The position numbers and the translations under genes are program-made. Below, piece by piece: positions 17,645 through 26,011 of a stretch of 32,690 bases of DNA. The first letter of the stretch is position 1. Every line of letters begins with the position of its first letter. Below the pieces are notes generated by a model. The model searched no databases and was not told the DNA's origin. It saw only the letters and a list, made by a program, of their open reading frames with translations. Source of the stretch: Candidatus Latescibacterota bacterium (GTDB taxonomy: Bacteria; Latescibacterota; UBA2968); the NCBI GenBank assembly GCA_003526745.1, contig DPVD01000020.1, positions 1-32,690 of the forward strand. Direction: 5' to 3'.

Positions 17645-18853
17645 ATGTCTGAAATGATTGGTGAAAAAGCTCCGCTGGGAGATGTTCGTATCCTTGCGGT
17701 CGAGCAGTTTGGAGCGGGCCCTTGGGGCACGATGATGCTGGCCGATCTGGGCGCCGAAGTCATCAAGATTGAGAATCCAGCCACAGATGGAGATGTGGCC
17801 CGACACATCCCTCCCTACACATGCGACAAGGACAGTGTCTACTTTCAGAGCTTCAATCGGAACAAGAAGAGCATCACGCTCAACCTTCAGGACGAGCGGG
17901 GGCAGGCACTTCTGAAGGGTTTGACAGGCCACGTCGATGGCGTCTACAACAATCTGCGTGGCGATCTGCCATCGAAGCTCGGACTTGACTATGCCGCCCT
18001 TCGAGAGACAAAGTCCTCAATAGTGTGTTGTTCATTGTCGGCATTCGGACGTCATGGCAAACGCGCGGCCGAGCCGGGATACGACTACCTAATGCAAGGG
18101 TATGCCGGTTGGATGAGTATCACGGGTGAGCCCGATTCGCCGCCGCAGAAGTCGGGTCTTTCTCTGGTCGACCTGAATGCCGGTGTACTGGCTGCGCTCG
18201 GTCTGGTCAGCGCGATCCACCGCGCGCGCGAGACCGGCGTCGGATGTGATGTCGATGTGAGTCTATTCGACACGGCGATATCGCTCCTAGGGTACGTGGG
18301 AGCCTGGCACCTCACAAAGGGTTACGAGCCGTTGCGCATGCCCGATTCCTCCCATCCTTCTCAGATTCCGTCTCAAGTCCTCCCGACAGCTGATGGCTGG
18401 TTAGTTGTGATGTGCGCGAAGGAGAAGTTCTACCAAAATCTCGTGAGGATCCTAGGCGCACCTGATCTGGCGGAAGATAGGCGATTCAGGACCTCTGCTG
18501 ATCGGATGGAGAACCGGGAGATACTGGTTCCCCTTCTCAAAGATCTGACTCGTCGTGAGACGACTGCCACGTGGCTGAATCGTCTGAAAGGTGAGGTGCC
18601 GTGTGCACCAGTTAATTCGGTCGAGGAAGCATTCCGAGACCCGCAGATACAGGAAGATGATATGATTCTCGAGACCTCCCATCCTGAGTTCGGGACTGTT
18701 CGGCAGGCCGCTGGCGCAATCAAGGTAAGTGACTACAGGCATGAACATTCTCGTGGGCCCAAACTCGGTGAACACACGGAGGCGGTACTTGGCGACTGGT
18801 TGGCGATGGGGAGCGCTGAGATCCAGGGGTTGCGGAAAGCGGGGGTGATATGA
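17645..18853 (+). CDS. Family III CoA-transferase (CaiB/BaiF type)
   Basis: PLGDVRILAVEQFGAGPWGTMMLADLGAEVIKIENP is the canonical family III N-terminus. The ATG at 17645 lies 8 nt after the CitE stop. The TTG at 17615 in the track is less likely. Confidence 0.9.
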   Translation: MSEMIGEKAPLGDVRILAVEQFGAGPWGTMMLADLGAEVIKIENPATDGDVARHIPPYTCDKDSVYFQSFNRNKKSITLNLQDERGQALLKGLTGHVDGVYNNLRGDLPSKLGLDYAALRETKSSIVCCSLSAFGRHGKRAAEPGYDYLMQGYAGWMSITGEPDSPPQKSGLSLVDLNAGVLAALGLVSAIHRARETGVGCDVDVSLFDTAISLLGYVGAWHLTKGYEPLRMPDSSHPSQIPSQVLPTADGWLVVMCAKEKFYQNLVRILGAPDLAEDRRFRTSADRMENREILVPLLKDLTRRETTATWLNRLKGEVPCAPVNSVEEAFRDPQIQEDDMILETSHPEFGTVRQAAGAIKVSDYRHEHSRGPKLGEHTEAVLGDWLAMGSAEIQGLRKAGVI

Positions 18854-19142
18854 CCCCCTGTTGCTTGCTTAGGCCGCTCGTGTGTGGTTGAATTTGCGGT
18901 CTGCGACAACTGAAGATACTACCGGGTGATTTGTTGGCCAGTGTTGTGCCTCATTACTAGTGTAGTGGTCTTACGTTACTCCCCCTCAGACAATTCCTAA
19001 AAAGATCACCTGTATTACGAACTGCAAGCTCGTTGCGGATTCCGTCGTGGTCTGAAAGACTAAATAGATCCGAAATCTTAGGTCCTTTCTGTAGTACTGA
19101 CTGCTGAGGTATTATACCCTCCGTCGGCAGGAAGGGCTCTTT

Positions 19143-20168
19143 TTGTTGGAGAAGATCTTGATTCCGATTTCGATCCTGGATTTAGCACCGATCCGGAAGG
19201 GAAGCGATGCTTCTCGTGCATTTGACCTGATGCGTGAGATGGCTAAGGTCGGCGAGAGGCTTGGATACAATCGATACTGGCTCGCAGAGCATCACAACAT
19301 GAGCGGTGTCGGCAGCGCCGCGACGAGCGTGCTGATCAGTCACATAGCTGAAGCTACTGAGACGATTCGGGTCGGATCAGGTGGGGTGATGTTGCCCAAC
19401 CACGCGCCGCTGGTTATTGCTGAACAGTTCGGCACGCTCGAATCTCTTTATCCCGGCAGGATAGATCTGGGTCTTGGGCGTGCGCCCGGGACGGATCAGA
19501 CTACGGCCCGGGCTCTTCGCCGCACGCTCTCGGGCTCGGATCACGATTTTCCTAGTGATGTGGTCGAACTTCAGTCCTACTTCCGAAGAGCTGACCCAAA
19601 ACAGCCCGTTAGGGCCGTCCCCGGTGCCGGTCTCAGCATACCGATCTGGTTGCTCGGTTCGAGTCTCTTCAGCGCCCAGCTCGCCGGCCACCTAGGGCTG
19701 CCCTACGCTTTCGCCTCGCATTTTGCACCTGACTACCTGATGCGCGCGCTGGATGCGTATCGGAGCGGTTTCCAGCCTTCGGAGTTTCTCGACCGGCCCT
19801 ACGTAATGGTTGGTATGAACGTGGTCGCGGCAGATACGGACGAGGAAGCGGTATATCTATTCTCATCCCAACAGGTCGCTTCTGTGAATATGATGCGTGG
19901 GCAGCGAGAGCCGTTCGGTCCGCCGATAGACGATATCGAGGCCTACTGGATGCCTCATGAGAAGCCGGCGATCGAGCGCAAACTCACTTGCTCATTTGTT
20001 GGATCGGCTGAGACCGTGGGAGAGAAGGTCGCTAAGTTCGTTGATATGACGGGGGCTGATGAGCTGATCACGACGGTTAGGATCTTCGAGCCTGAAGCGT
20101 GCCATCGTTCCCTGGAGATCCTGAGTAAATGCAAGAATGCAAAATCTGAGTGCCAGGAAGCAGACTAG
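19143..20168 (+). CDS. Luciferase-like flavin-dependent monooxygenase/oxidoreductase (LLM class, YhbW-like group 1)
   Basis: ISILDLAPI...[28 protein letters not shown]...[45 protein letters not shown] closely follows the YhbW-type LLM consensus as I recall it. The TTG start at 19143 has GGAAGGG 6 nt upstream. Confidence 0.88.
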   Translation: MLEKILIPISILDLAPIRKGSDASRAFDLMREMAKVGERLGYNRYWLAEHHNMSGVGSAATSVLISHIAEATETIRVGSGGVMLPNHAPLVIAEQFGTLESLYPGRIDLGLGRAPGTDQTTARALRRTLSGSDHDFPSDVVELQSYFRRADPKQPVRAVPGAGLSIPIWLLGSSLFSAQLAGHLGLPYAFASHFAPDYLMRALDAYRSGFQPSEFLDRPYVMVGMNVVAADTDEEAVYLFSSQQVASVNMMRGQREPFGPPIDDIEAYWMPHEKPAIERKLTCSFVGSAETVGEKVAKFVDMTGADELITTVRIFEPEACHRSLEILSKCKNAKSECQEAD

Positions 20169-20193
20169 ACAGACGACTACCAAAGAGGGTTAT

Positions 20194-21522
20194 ATGGCGT
20201 GCGCCGGATGGTCATCGATCGATTCGACCCCACCGTTGGGTCTTCCAATGGGTGGCCGCGGACCCCGTTTCTACCCGGGTGGCGAGGTGCTAGACCCTCT
20301 GGCCGCTCAAGTGGTTGTTCTCGAAGATGCGAAAGGAGCAAGGACGATCTGGATGTCGATCGACATGATCGGCATGTCGTGGGCGGAAACGAGCGGTTTC
20401 CGGCACGAGCTTTCTGCGATGACTGGTGTTCCCTTTGAGTCGATCCTGGTCAATTTCTCGCATACACACAGTGGTCCGATGTCGGGATATGAGGGCTACG
20501 CGACTCTCAAACCCAAGCCCAAAGCGCTTGCGGACTACGAGTTAAATCTGATGACGCGGTGTGTCCGGATGACGCTGGATGCGGTCGAGAACATGCGCGA
20601 TGTGACCGTGATTGCGCATCGAGGTCAGTCTGACATTGGGATCAACCGACGGCTACGGGAACCAGACGGCACGATGGTTATGGGACCGAATCCGGACGGC
20701 CATTACAACTCAGATCTCTGGGTGCTTGATCTCCAAGCAAAGACAGATCGATGCATCCTATTCAGCTACGGGTGCCATCCCGTTATGGTCTACGGATACG
20801 CGTGGGATGGAATCTCAGCGGACTGGCCAGGTAAATGTCGGGATCGAATGTCGGAGACACTTGGTTGCCACGCACAGTTCATCCAAGGATTTGCTGGGAA
20901 CGTGAGACCGAGAAGGCTCGCGGATCTTGAGTCTCACGCATTCAGGAAGGCTACACCTGAAGACGTCGTTGCAACAGGACACGAGATTGCTGATGACGTG
21001 GCTCGCGCGATCGAGTCTGGAGGCGAAGAGATTGCGCTCGATCTAGCCAACGTGTCCGGATTTGCGATGACACCTCGAGATCACACGAACATTGCGGATC
21101 TGGGGCACTGGGAAGTTCTCGCCAACAGCGATGAGGAGATCAACCAAAACCTTGGGGAATATTGGTATGAACGCCTCAAAGCAGGGATTCCGCCGGTCAA
21201 GTACTTGCCGTGGTCAGTCGGCCTGATCAGGCTCGCACCGGGTCACCAGATCGCGTGGATGGCCAACGAGGTGCTCGGAGAATGGCTGCATCTGCTAAGG
21301 GAGTGGCTGAGTGATCCGAACCTTATCGGGTGGGGGTATTGTCAAGACGGCCGCAACTACATGCCGACTGATGAACTGATTCACGAAGGCGGATATGAGG
21401 TCGATCGGGCCAACACCTTTAGTAGGAACGGCCCCGGACCTGTTGCACAGGGTATCAACGAAGCCGTGAAGCAGACGTTCCTCGAAATGAAGGACCGTTT
21501 GACGGGTAACGAGCAGGCTTAG
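20194..21522 (+). CDS. Neutral/alkaline ceramidase N-terminal-domain-like hydrolase, leaderless
   Basis: AGWSSIDSTPPLGLPMGGRG (compare the G..DITP..G..MgGy N-terminus) and NFSHTHSGP (the zinc-site HTHxGP block) resemble the neutral ceramidase N-terminal domain. The ATG at 20194 follows AGAGGG. The assignment is from motif memory only. Confidence 0.55.
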   Translation: MACAGWSSIDSTPPLGLPMGGRGPRFYPGGEVLDPLAAQVVVLEDAKGARTIWMSIDMIGMSWAETSGFRHELSAMTGVPFESILVNFSHTHSGPMSGYEGYATLKPKPKALADYELNLMTRCVRMTLDAVENMRDVTVIAHRGQSDIGINRRLREPDGTMVMGPNPDGHYNSDLWVLDLQAKTDRCILFSYGCHPVMVYGYAWDGISADWPGKCRDRMSETLGCHAQFIQGFAGNVRPRRLADLESHAFRKATPEDVVATGHEIADDVARAIESGGEEIALDLANVSGFAMTPRDHTNIADLGHWEVLANSDEEINQNLGEYWYERLKAGIPPVKYLPWSVGLIRLAPGHQIAWMANEVLGEWLHLLREWLSDPNLIGWGYCQDGRNYMPTDELIHEGGYEVDRANTFSRNGPGPVAQGINEAVKQTFLEMKDRLTGNEQA

Positions 21523-21538
21523 TCCAAGAATTCAGTTT

Positions 21539-22360
21539 ATGGGGGAAGGTATGGACGAAGTGATTCCGATGACGGAAGAACAGAAATTTTTCTTCGACCT
21601 GAGGGGATGGATTTTGTTACCGTCAGTGCTCGATGAGGGCGAAATCGAAGAGATGAAGGAAGTCGTCTACGGAGGCGCGAAGCAAAGCTACGAGCCTCCG
21701 TTAGATCGACTTCTCGATCACCCGGCGATCGTTGGAATCCTGTCGGAGATTCTGGCAGAGGATCCGTTCGTGAAGGATGATGCGTATGGGTTTCGCTGCG
21801 AAGGATCGTTTACGACGATTCGGCCACCGGGATGGGACGTAAGTGCACGGTCCGACAACGGACTGCCGCACGCCGTTCGGCCTCCACAACAGGCGAACGC
21901 GATGCGATACCAGGTTGCAGGCGGGAAGATTTTTTCGAGTTTGACACGAGTGGTATGGGAACTCGAACCGGCGAAGTCGGGACAAGGCGCGACGTCGTTC
22001 CTCAGTGGATCTCACAAGGCGCACTTTAACTACGGCGGGCCTAATAAATGGTCACCGAATATCAACGGATCGCCGTGGGAAGAGTCGATGCGGGAGGTGA
22101 TGGACGATTACACCTGCCCGGCCGGTTCGGTCGTGATTTTTACGGAGAGTCTGATTCACGCTGCGAACGACTGGACAAATCCAGACAACGGAAGGTGCGC
22201 CGTGTTCAACTGCTATAACTCTATCTGGGCGCAGTGGCACCGGACACGTCTGCCGCATGAAACGATCCAGAAGATGCCGAAGAAGAGGCAAAGCCTGTTC
22301 AGGGGGACCTGGCAGTTGGGTGGGAAAAACGAGTATTCAGAGGAAAACAGAGCGCTCTGA
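21539..22360 (+). CDS. PhyH-like 2OG-oxygenase-fold protein lacking the HxD motif (paralog P1)
   Basis: FFFDLRGWILLPSVLDEGEIEEMKE N-terminus, LSGSHKAHF, and the distal block LIHAANDWTNPDNGRCAVF. The only His residues upstream of GSHK are in DHPA and PHAV, so there is no H-x-D/E. Alternative starts are 21551 and 21569. The Met at 21569 (MTEEQKFFFDL) aligns with the Met at 28241 of paralog P2. Confidence 0.65.
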   Translation: MGEGMDEVIPMTEEQKFFFDLRGWILLPSVLDEGEIEEMKEVVYGGAKQSYEPPLDRLLDHPAIVGILSEILAEDPFVKDDAYGFRCEGSFTTIRPPGWDVSARSDNGLPHAVRPPQQANAMRYQVAGGKIFSSLTRVVWELEPAKSGQGATSFLSGSHKAHFNYGGPNKWSPNINGSPWEESMREVMDDYTCPAGSVVIFTESLIHAANDWTNPDNGRCAVFNCYNSIWAQWHRTRLPHETIQKMPKKRQSLFRGTWQLGGKNEYSEENRAL

Positions 22361-22477
22361 GGCTAGAGACGCATACAGGGTTATGATCGGATCCACATCA
22401 GAACGCGTGGTTCTGAACTCAATTCACGTTCGTGACGCCAGTCGATTGTATGCTACATAACGTCAACTGATTGATAT

Positions 22478-22483
22478 AGGAGG
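22478..22483 (+). promoter_or_regulatory. Shine-Dalgarno AGGAGG for rhaM
   Basis: AGGAGG lies 6 nt upstream of the ATG at 22490. Confidence 0.7.
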
Positions 22484-22489
22484 CAACCA

Positions 22490-22813
22490 ATGATTCGCAA
22501 AGCCTTTGTGATGCGGGTGAACCCTGATCAACACGAAGAGTACGAACGTCGGCACAACCCTATATGGCCTGAGCTGGAAGAGACAATTAAGGCGCACGGC
22601 GTGACGAGCTATTCGATCTACCTCGATGCGGAGACGAACCAGCTGTTCGCTTACGCCGAGATCGAGGACGAGGAGCAGTGGGTAAGCATCTCGCAGGAAG
22701 AGGTGTGCCAGAAGTGGTGGGCGCATATGCGGGAGATCATGCCTTCGAACCCGGACAACAGTCCCGTTTCGAAGGAACTCCGTGAAGTCTTCCATATTGA
22801 GACTTCGTCGTAG
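22490..22813 (+). CDS. rhaM: L-rhamnose mutarotase
   Basis: [37 protein letters not shown]...[27 protein letters not shown] is near-collinear with E. coli RhaM/YiiL ([30 protein letters not shown]...) as I recall it. 107 aa. Confidence 0.93.
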   Translation: MIRKAFVMRVNPDQHEEYERRHNPIWPELEETIKAHGVTSYSIYLDAETNQLFAYAEIEDEEQWVSISQEEVCQKWWAHMREIMPSNPDNSPVSKELREVFHIETSS

Positions 22814-23070
22814 GAACCGCTTCCAGACGGGGAAAGGCGGACACCTGCCACGTCTGCGGCGCGGATGGATGAATACAGATGGGGCTGGAGGCTGAGGTAG
22901 TAAGTGTTACGCGCAGTGGTTAACTGGAGATGGATGAAAGACTTTCGCAGAAGGTCTGGGAAGGTGTGTGTGCCTACTGGCGGATATCAGGTATCTGCAT
23001 CTCTGTGATCATCACGCGGTCCCAATGTTAGTAGACCTGCATTACTTCGTGTTCATCGGTGTTACCGCGC

Positions 23071-23976
23071 TTAAGGCTGAATGCACCTTGGGAGCCCGGA
23101 CGACCAGTCAACACTTACTCTGGAAAGATGCCAGGTTTTTCCGTTGTCGTTGTTTCCTTGGTAGAAGAGATGGGTAGCCCCATCGTCGTCTACAAAGACA
23201 TAGGGGTGTCCCGACTCAGAGCTGTTCCACGATCCCGGAGCACCGTTTGGTAGGAGAGGCTGGTCGCTGATCCTTTTCCAGACGATTCCGTCGTCACTGA
23301 CGGCGCAGCCAATTTGTTGCGGACAGTTATTGTAAGCACCCGCATAGAACTGCCAGAGCCGACCGTCGTGCTCGCACACAGCGGATGCTTCGATGCACTC
23401 CTGCTCCCAGTCGAGTTCGGGCGCGAGTATCGGCCGGTCGCATCGCTGTGTCCAGGTATCGCGCGAATAGTCTGAATCGAGAGGTGCGGAGGATACGCCG
23501 ACCAGCTGCAGGCGAAACTCGGGGTCGCGGGTTGCCCAGTAGAGAAGCAGCTCGCCTTTCCAGTCGATCACGTCGGCGTCTATGGCGCGACCACAAGTCC
23601 AGTCTCCTGTCGGGCAGAAGATCGGGTTGGTCGGGTCTCGTTCGAAGCTCTCACCGTTAGTTGAGACGGCGTGACAGATCGCGTCGCATTCCTTGTTACC
23701 GTAAGTTTGGTAAAACAGATGCACTTGACCGTCGAGGACGATCGCCCCGGGTGCGCAGATGCCGTTCTTTTCGCAAGGCTGCTCCGGCGCGATTTCTCCG
23801 ACCTTCGTCCAGTTGCTGAGGTTCTCGCTTTCGGCGATCCCGATGCCAAACCCGTTGGATGCACGATCGTCGGTAAATGGGCACATCGTGTAGTACATGA
23901 GATACCGGTTTTCGTGTCGGATGACGGCGGGATCCTTCGCGAAAGGTCTGCCTCTGGTTGTGTCGGAGAATCTCAT
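23071..23976 (-). CDS. Five-bladed beta-propeller glycoside-hydrolase-like protein (GH43/GH32-clan-like), leaderless
   Basis: FAKDPAVIRHENRYLMYYT resembles a GH43 N-terminal Asp block. Blade-like segments recur: IGIAESENLSNWTKVG, AICHAVSTNGESFERD, VGVSSAP, IGCAVSDDGIVWKR and HLFYQG. The family is assigned by pattern only. Confidence 0.45.
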   Translation of the reverse strand: MRFSDTTRGRPFAKDPAVIRHENRYLMYYTMCPFTDDRASNGFGIGIAESENLSNWTKVGEIAPEQPCEKNGICAPGAIVLDGQVHLFYQTYGNKECDAICHAVSTNGESFERDPTNPIFCPTGDWTCGRAIDADVIDWKGELLLYWATRDPEFRLQLVGVSSAPLDSDYSRDTWTQRCDRPILAPELDWEQECIEASAVCEHDGRLWQFYAGAYNNCPQQIGCAVSDDGIVWKRISDQPLLPNGAPGSWNSSESGHPYVFVDDDGATHLFYQGNNDNGKTWHLSRVSVDWSSGLPRCIQP

Positions 23977-24135
23977 ATCGTCAAACCGTTGGGATCACCT
24001 GCCCCGGCCTTTGCTAGCCCTAGGGCGCGGCTGGATGAACCCGGATGGGCATAGATGACAAACGAGTAGCGGTCGATGATTTCGCGTTGCTTAAATATTA
24101 TGTTCATGCGCAGTCCATCTTGGGTTCAGCTGCCT

Positions 24136-25107
24136 TTATAGGCGTTCCGTCCAATCAATGAGTGCTCGGATATAGCCCAAGGCATACGCACGCCCTCGAT
24201 GTCCCCAAGGTGTGTCGCCATCCGTTTCCGGGACGTGATCGGTGATCAGGAAGCCCGTGAAACCTGCGTCATGAAGTGCCTTGACGGCTTCGAAGGGGTC
24301 GACGCTGCCTTCGTCTATGAAGCACTCGTTGAAGCAGGGGACTTCTCCTTGGACGAATCGGAGATGGACGTAGGCGATTCGGTCTCTCTGTGCGAAGTGG
24401 CTGATCGCGGGAACGGCGCCATCCGCGTTCATCTCCGACCAACAGCCCATACAGAAGTCCAGTTTGTGATGCGGGCTGTCGAACTTGTCGATCCCACGTC
24501 TGAATTCGTCGAAACTCCCAAAGATTCGTCCTACACCGCCAAGTGAGTCGACTGGTGGGTCGTCCGGATGCAGGGCCAACACCACATCAGCTTCCTCAGC
24601 AACAGGCAGAATTCTCTCCAGATAGTAGTCGAAGTTCTCCGTCATCTCTTCTTTGGTGTAGATCCGGCCGTGGGTAAGTTCTTCAGGTTCGTGCTCCGAC
24701 GCGTCGAATCGTGTAGCCCTGGCGCCGCCTCGCAGCGTGGCCAGGGGTTCGGTTCGCCAGACTTTGTTTGGCAGCCAGTGGTAGCCGAGGATAGGAATCC
24801 CGGCTTTCCCCATATTCCGGACGGTGTTGACCATGTGCTTGATCTGTTCGTCGCGCTTCGGGCCGGCCAGCATGATGTCCGTATAGAAGTCGATGGGGAC
24901 GTTTTCGAGAGCCATAAGTCTGAGACCTGCACCGTCAGCGCGATCCTTCAGAGATTTCAGGTCCTCGTATGCCCACTCGCCGCTTTCGCCAGGGATACGA
25001 GGGGTGTTCATCAGGAAGTCGTCAGCGCCGATCTGCTTGATGAAGGCGAGCATCTCGTCGGTCAATTCCTGGAATTGGCCGAGGCCTACGCGCATTTTGA
25101 GTGACAT
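24136..25107 (-). CDS. Mannonate dehydratase (UxuA)-family sugar-acid dehydratase, second paralog
   Basis: ILPVAEEADVVLALHPDDPPVDSLGGVGRIFGS...DFCMGCWSE...IAYVHLRF...LITDHVPE shows the same block order as the gene at 5302-6330 and as UxuA. Confidence 0.78.
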   Translation of the reverse strand: MSLKMRVGLGQFQELTDEMLAFIKQIGADDFLMNTPRIPGESGEWAYEDLKSLKDRADGAGLRLMALENVPIDFYTDIMLAGPKRDEQIKHMVNTVRNMGKAGIPILGYHWLPNKVWRTEPLATLRGGARATRFDASEHEPEELTHGRIYTKEEMTENFDYYLERILPVAEEADVVLALHPDDPPVDSLGGVGRIFGSFDEFRRGIDKFDSPHHKLDFCMGCWSEMNADGAVPAISHFAQRDRIAYVHLRFVQGEVPCFNECFIDEGSVDPFEAVKALHDAGFTGFLITDHVPETDGDTPWGHRGRAYALGYIRALIDWTERL

Positions 25108-25381
25108 AGACTTGCTCCGAGAAGGCCCACAATGCGCGCTCCTTCTTCAAGGTTGCTTCGGATTAGGAAGAAAGCAGGGCACACGGGTTTAATTCAGATG
25201 ATGAATTCTAGGAAAACGATCGAGATTCAGAATACGAAAAGACTTAACCGATCGTAAGCGAAACCGAAGGCGATTCGTCCCGTTTGAGTCGCGAGGCCGA
25301 TGAACTATATCCAGCTCTCTTGGCTGTCTTGGTCCGCCGCTGAGGTATTGAATCTGCACAGTTCAGGGTGGGTTCGCCATA

Positions 25382-25939
25382 TCACTCCATCTGCAGAATT
25401 CTGAAGTCTTCGAAACGAACCCAGTGATCTGATTCGTTCGGTCCATTGTAGCACTGGATGCTAACCTGATCTGTCGATGGTTCCGGGAGTTCGCCGGTCG
25501 CGGCGGTCTTGAATCCGTCGCCGCCTTCGGGACAAAACTGTGCTTCCCACGAGGTTGCTGTCACGATCAGACGCAGACGAACTGAGCTCGTAGACATCGG
25601 CTTCTTGCCAGGGATGATGTAGAGGTCTCCGTCGATCAGCTCCTTTACTTCCTTGAACACGGGTTCTCCATCAACATACAATGTGATACCGGCCTGCTCA
25701 TACTGATTAGTCGGAACCGCCTGGTTGTGGATGGTGACTTCTATGGCAAAGGTGCCGCTGCTTCGATCTGGGCCAGGTCGAAGCAGCGCGTTCTTGACCG
25801 TGTCCTTCACGCCGGGTTCGACAAGGACCTCGAGGCCTTTGTCGGTGATACGCCAGTGATCAGAGTCTTCGCGTAGCCAGGACCAGGATGCGTCGAGCTT
25901 AGGGGTTAAGGGGTCGTGGAAGAGTTGTGTTTCGGGCAT
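25382..25939 (-). CDS. Small concanavalin-A-like/LamG-fold protein (DUF1349 / GH43 C-terminal-domain-like), hypothetical
   Basis: WSWLREDSDHWRITDKGLEVLVEPG...NALLRPGPDRSSGTFAIEVTI...YEQAGITLYVDG resembles the stand-alone beta-sandwich domains appended to beta-xylosidases. The ATG at 25939 has GGAG 6 nt upstream. The track start is 25951. This is a weak assignment. Confidence 0.35.
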   Translation of the reverse strand: MPETQLFHDPLTPKLDASWSWLREDSDHWRITDKGLEVLVEPGVKDTVKNALLRPGPDRSSGTFAIEVTIHNQAVPTNQYEQAGITLYVDGEPVFKEVKELIDGDLYIIPGKKPMSTSSVRLRLIVTATSWEAQFCPEGGDGFKTAATGELPEPSTDQVSIQCYNGPNESDHWVRFEDFRILQME

Positions 25940-26011
25940 GAATGACTCCATAGGTTCAGGTGTTTTAGAAGCTGCGGAGATAAGATCGGCGGGGGTGGGA
26001 CGGCAAACGGT

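Noticed and set aside
19117-19145. Hairpin-like CCCTCC-GTCGGCA-GGAAGGG followed by CTCTTTTT, resembling an intrinsic terminator after the CoA-transferase operon.
   Set aside because: The stem is only 6 bp with a bulge. The GGAAGGG arm is better explained as the SD of the LLM gene, whose TTG start (19143) lies inside the T-run.
22398-22416. Perfect 7-bp inverted repeat TCAGAAC-GCGTG-GTTCTGA between the PhyH-like gene and rhaM, followed by TCACG-TT-CGTGA. It could be an operator or a terminator.
   Set aside because: It is short, lacks a T-tract and has no second copy elsewhere in the window to suggest a regulon motif. I note it but cannot support it as a feature.
23973-24107. 44-codon minus-strand ORF (MNIIFKQREIIDRYSFVIYAHPGSSSRALGLAKAGAGDPNGLTI) whose TGA overlaps the ATG of the GH-like gene (ATGA).
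   Set aside because: The ATGA coupling is suggestive. However, the ORF is rich in codons rare for this DNA (ATA x3, CTA x2, TTT, AAT-type), has no SD and has no recognisable motif. It is probably non-coding leader DNA, and only worth revisiting if conserved in homologous loci.
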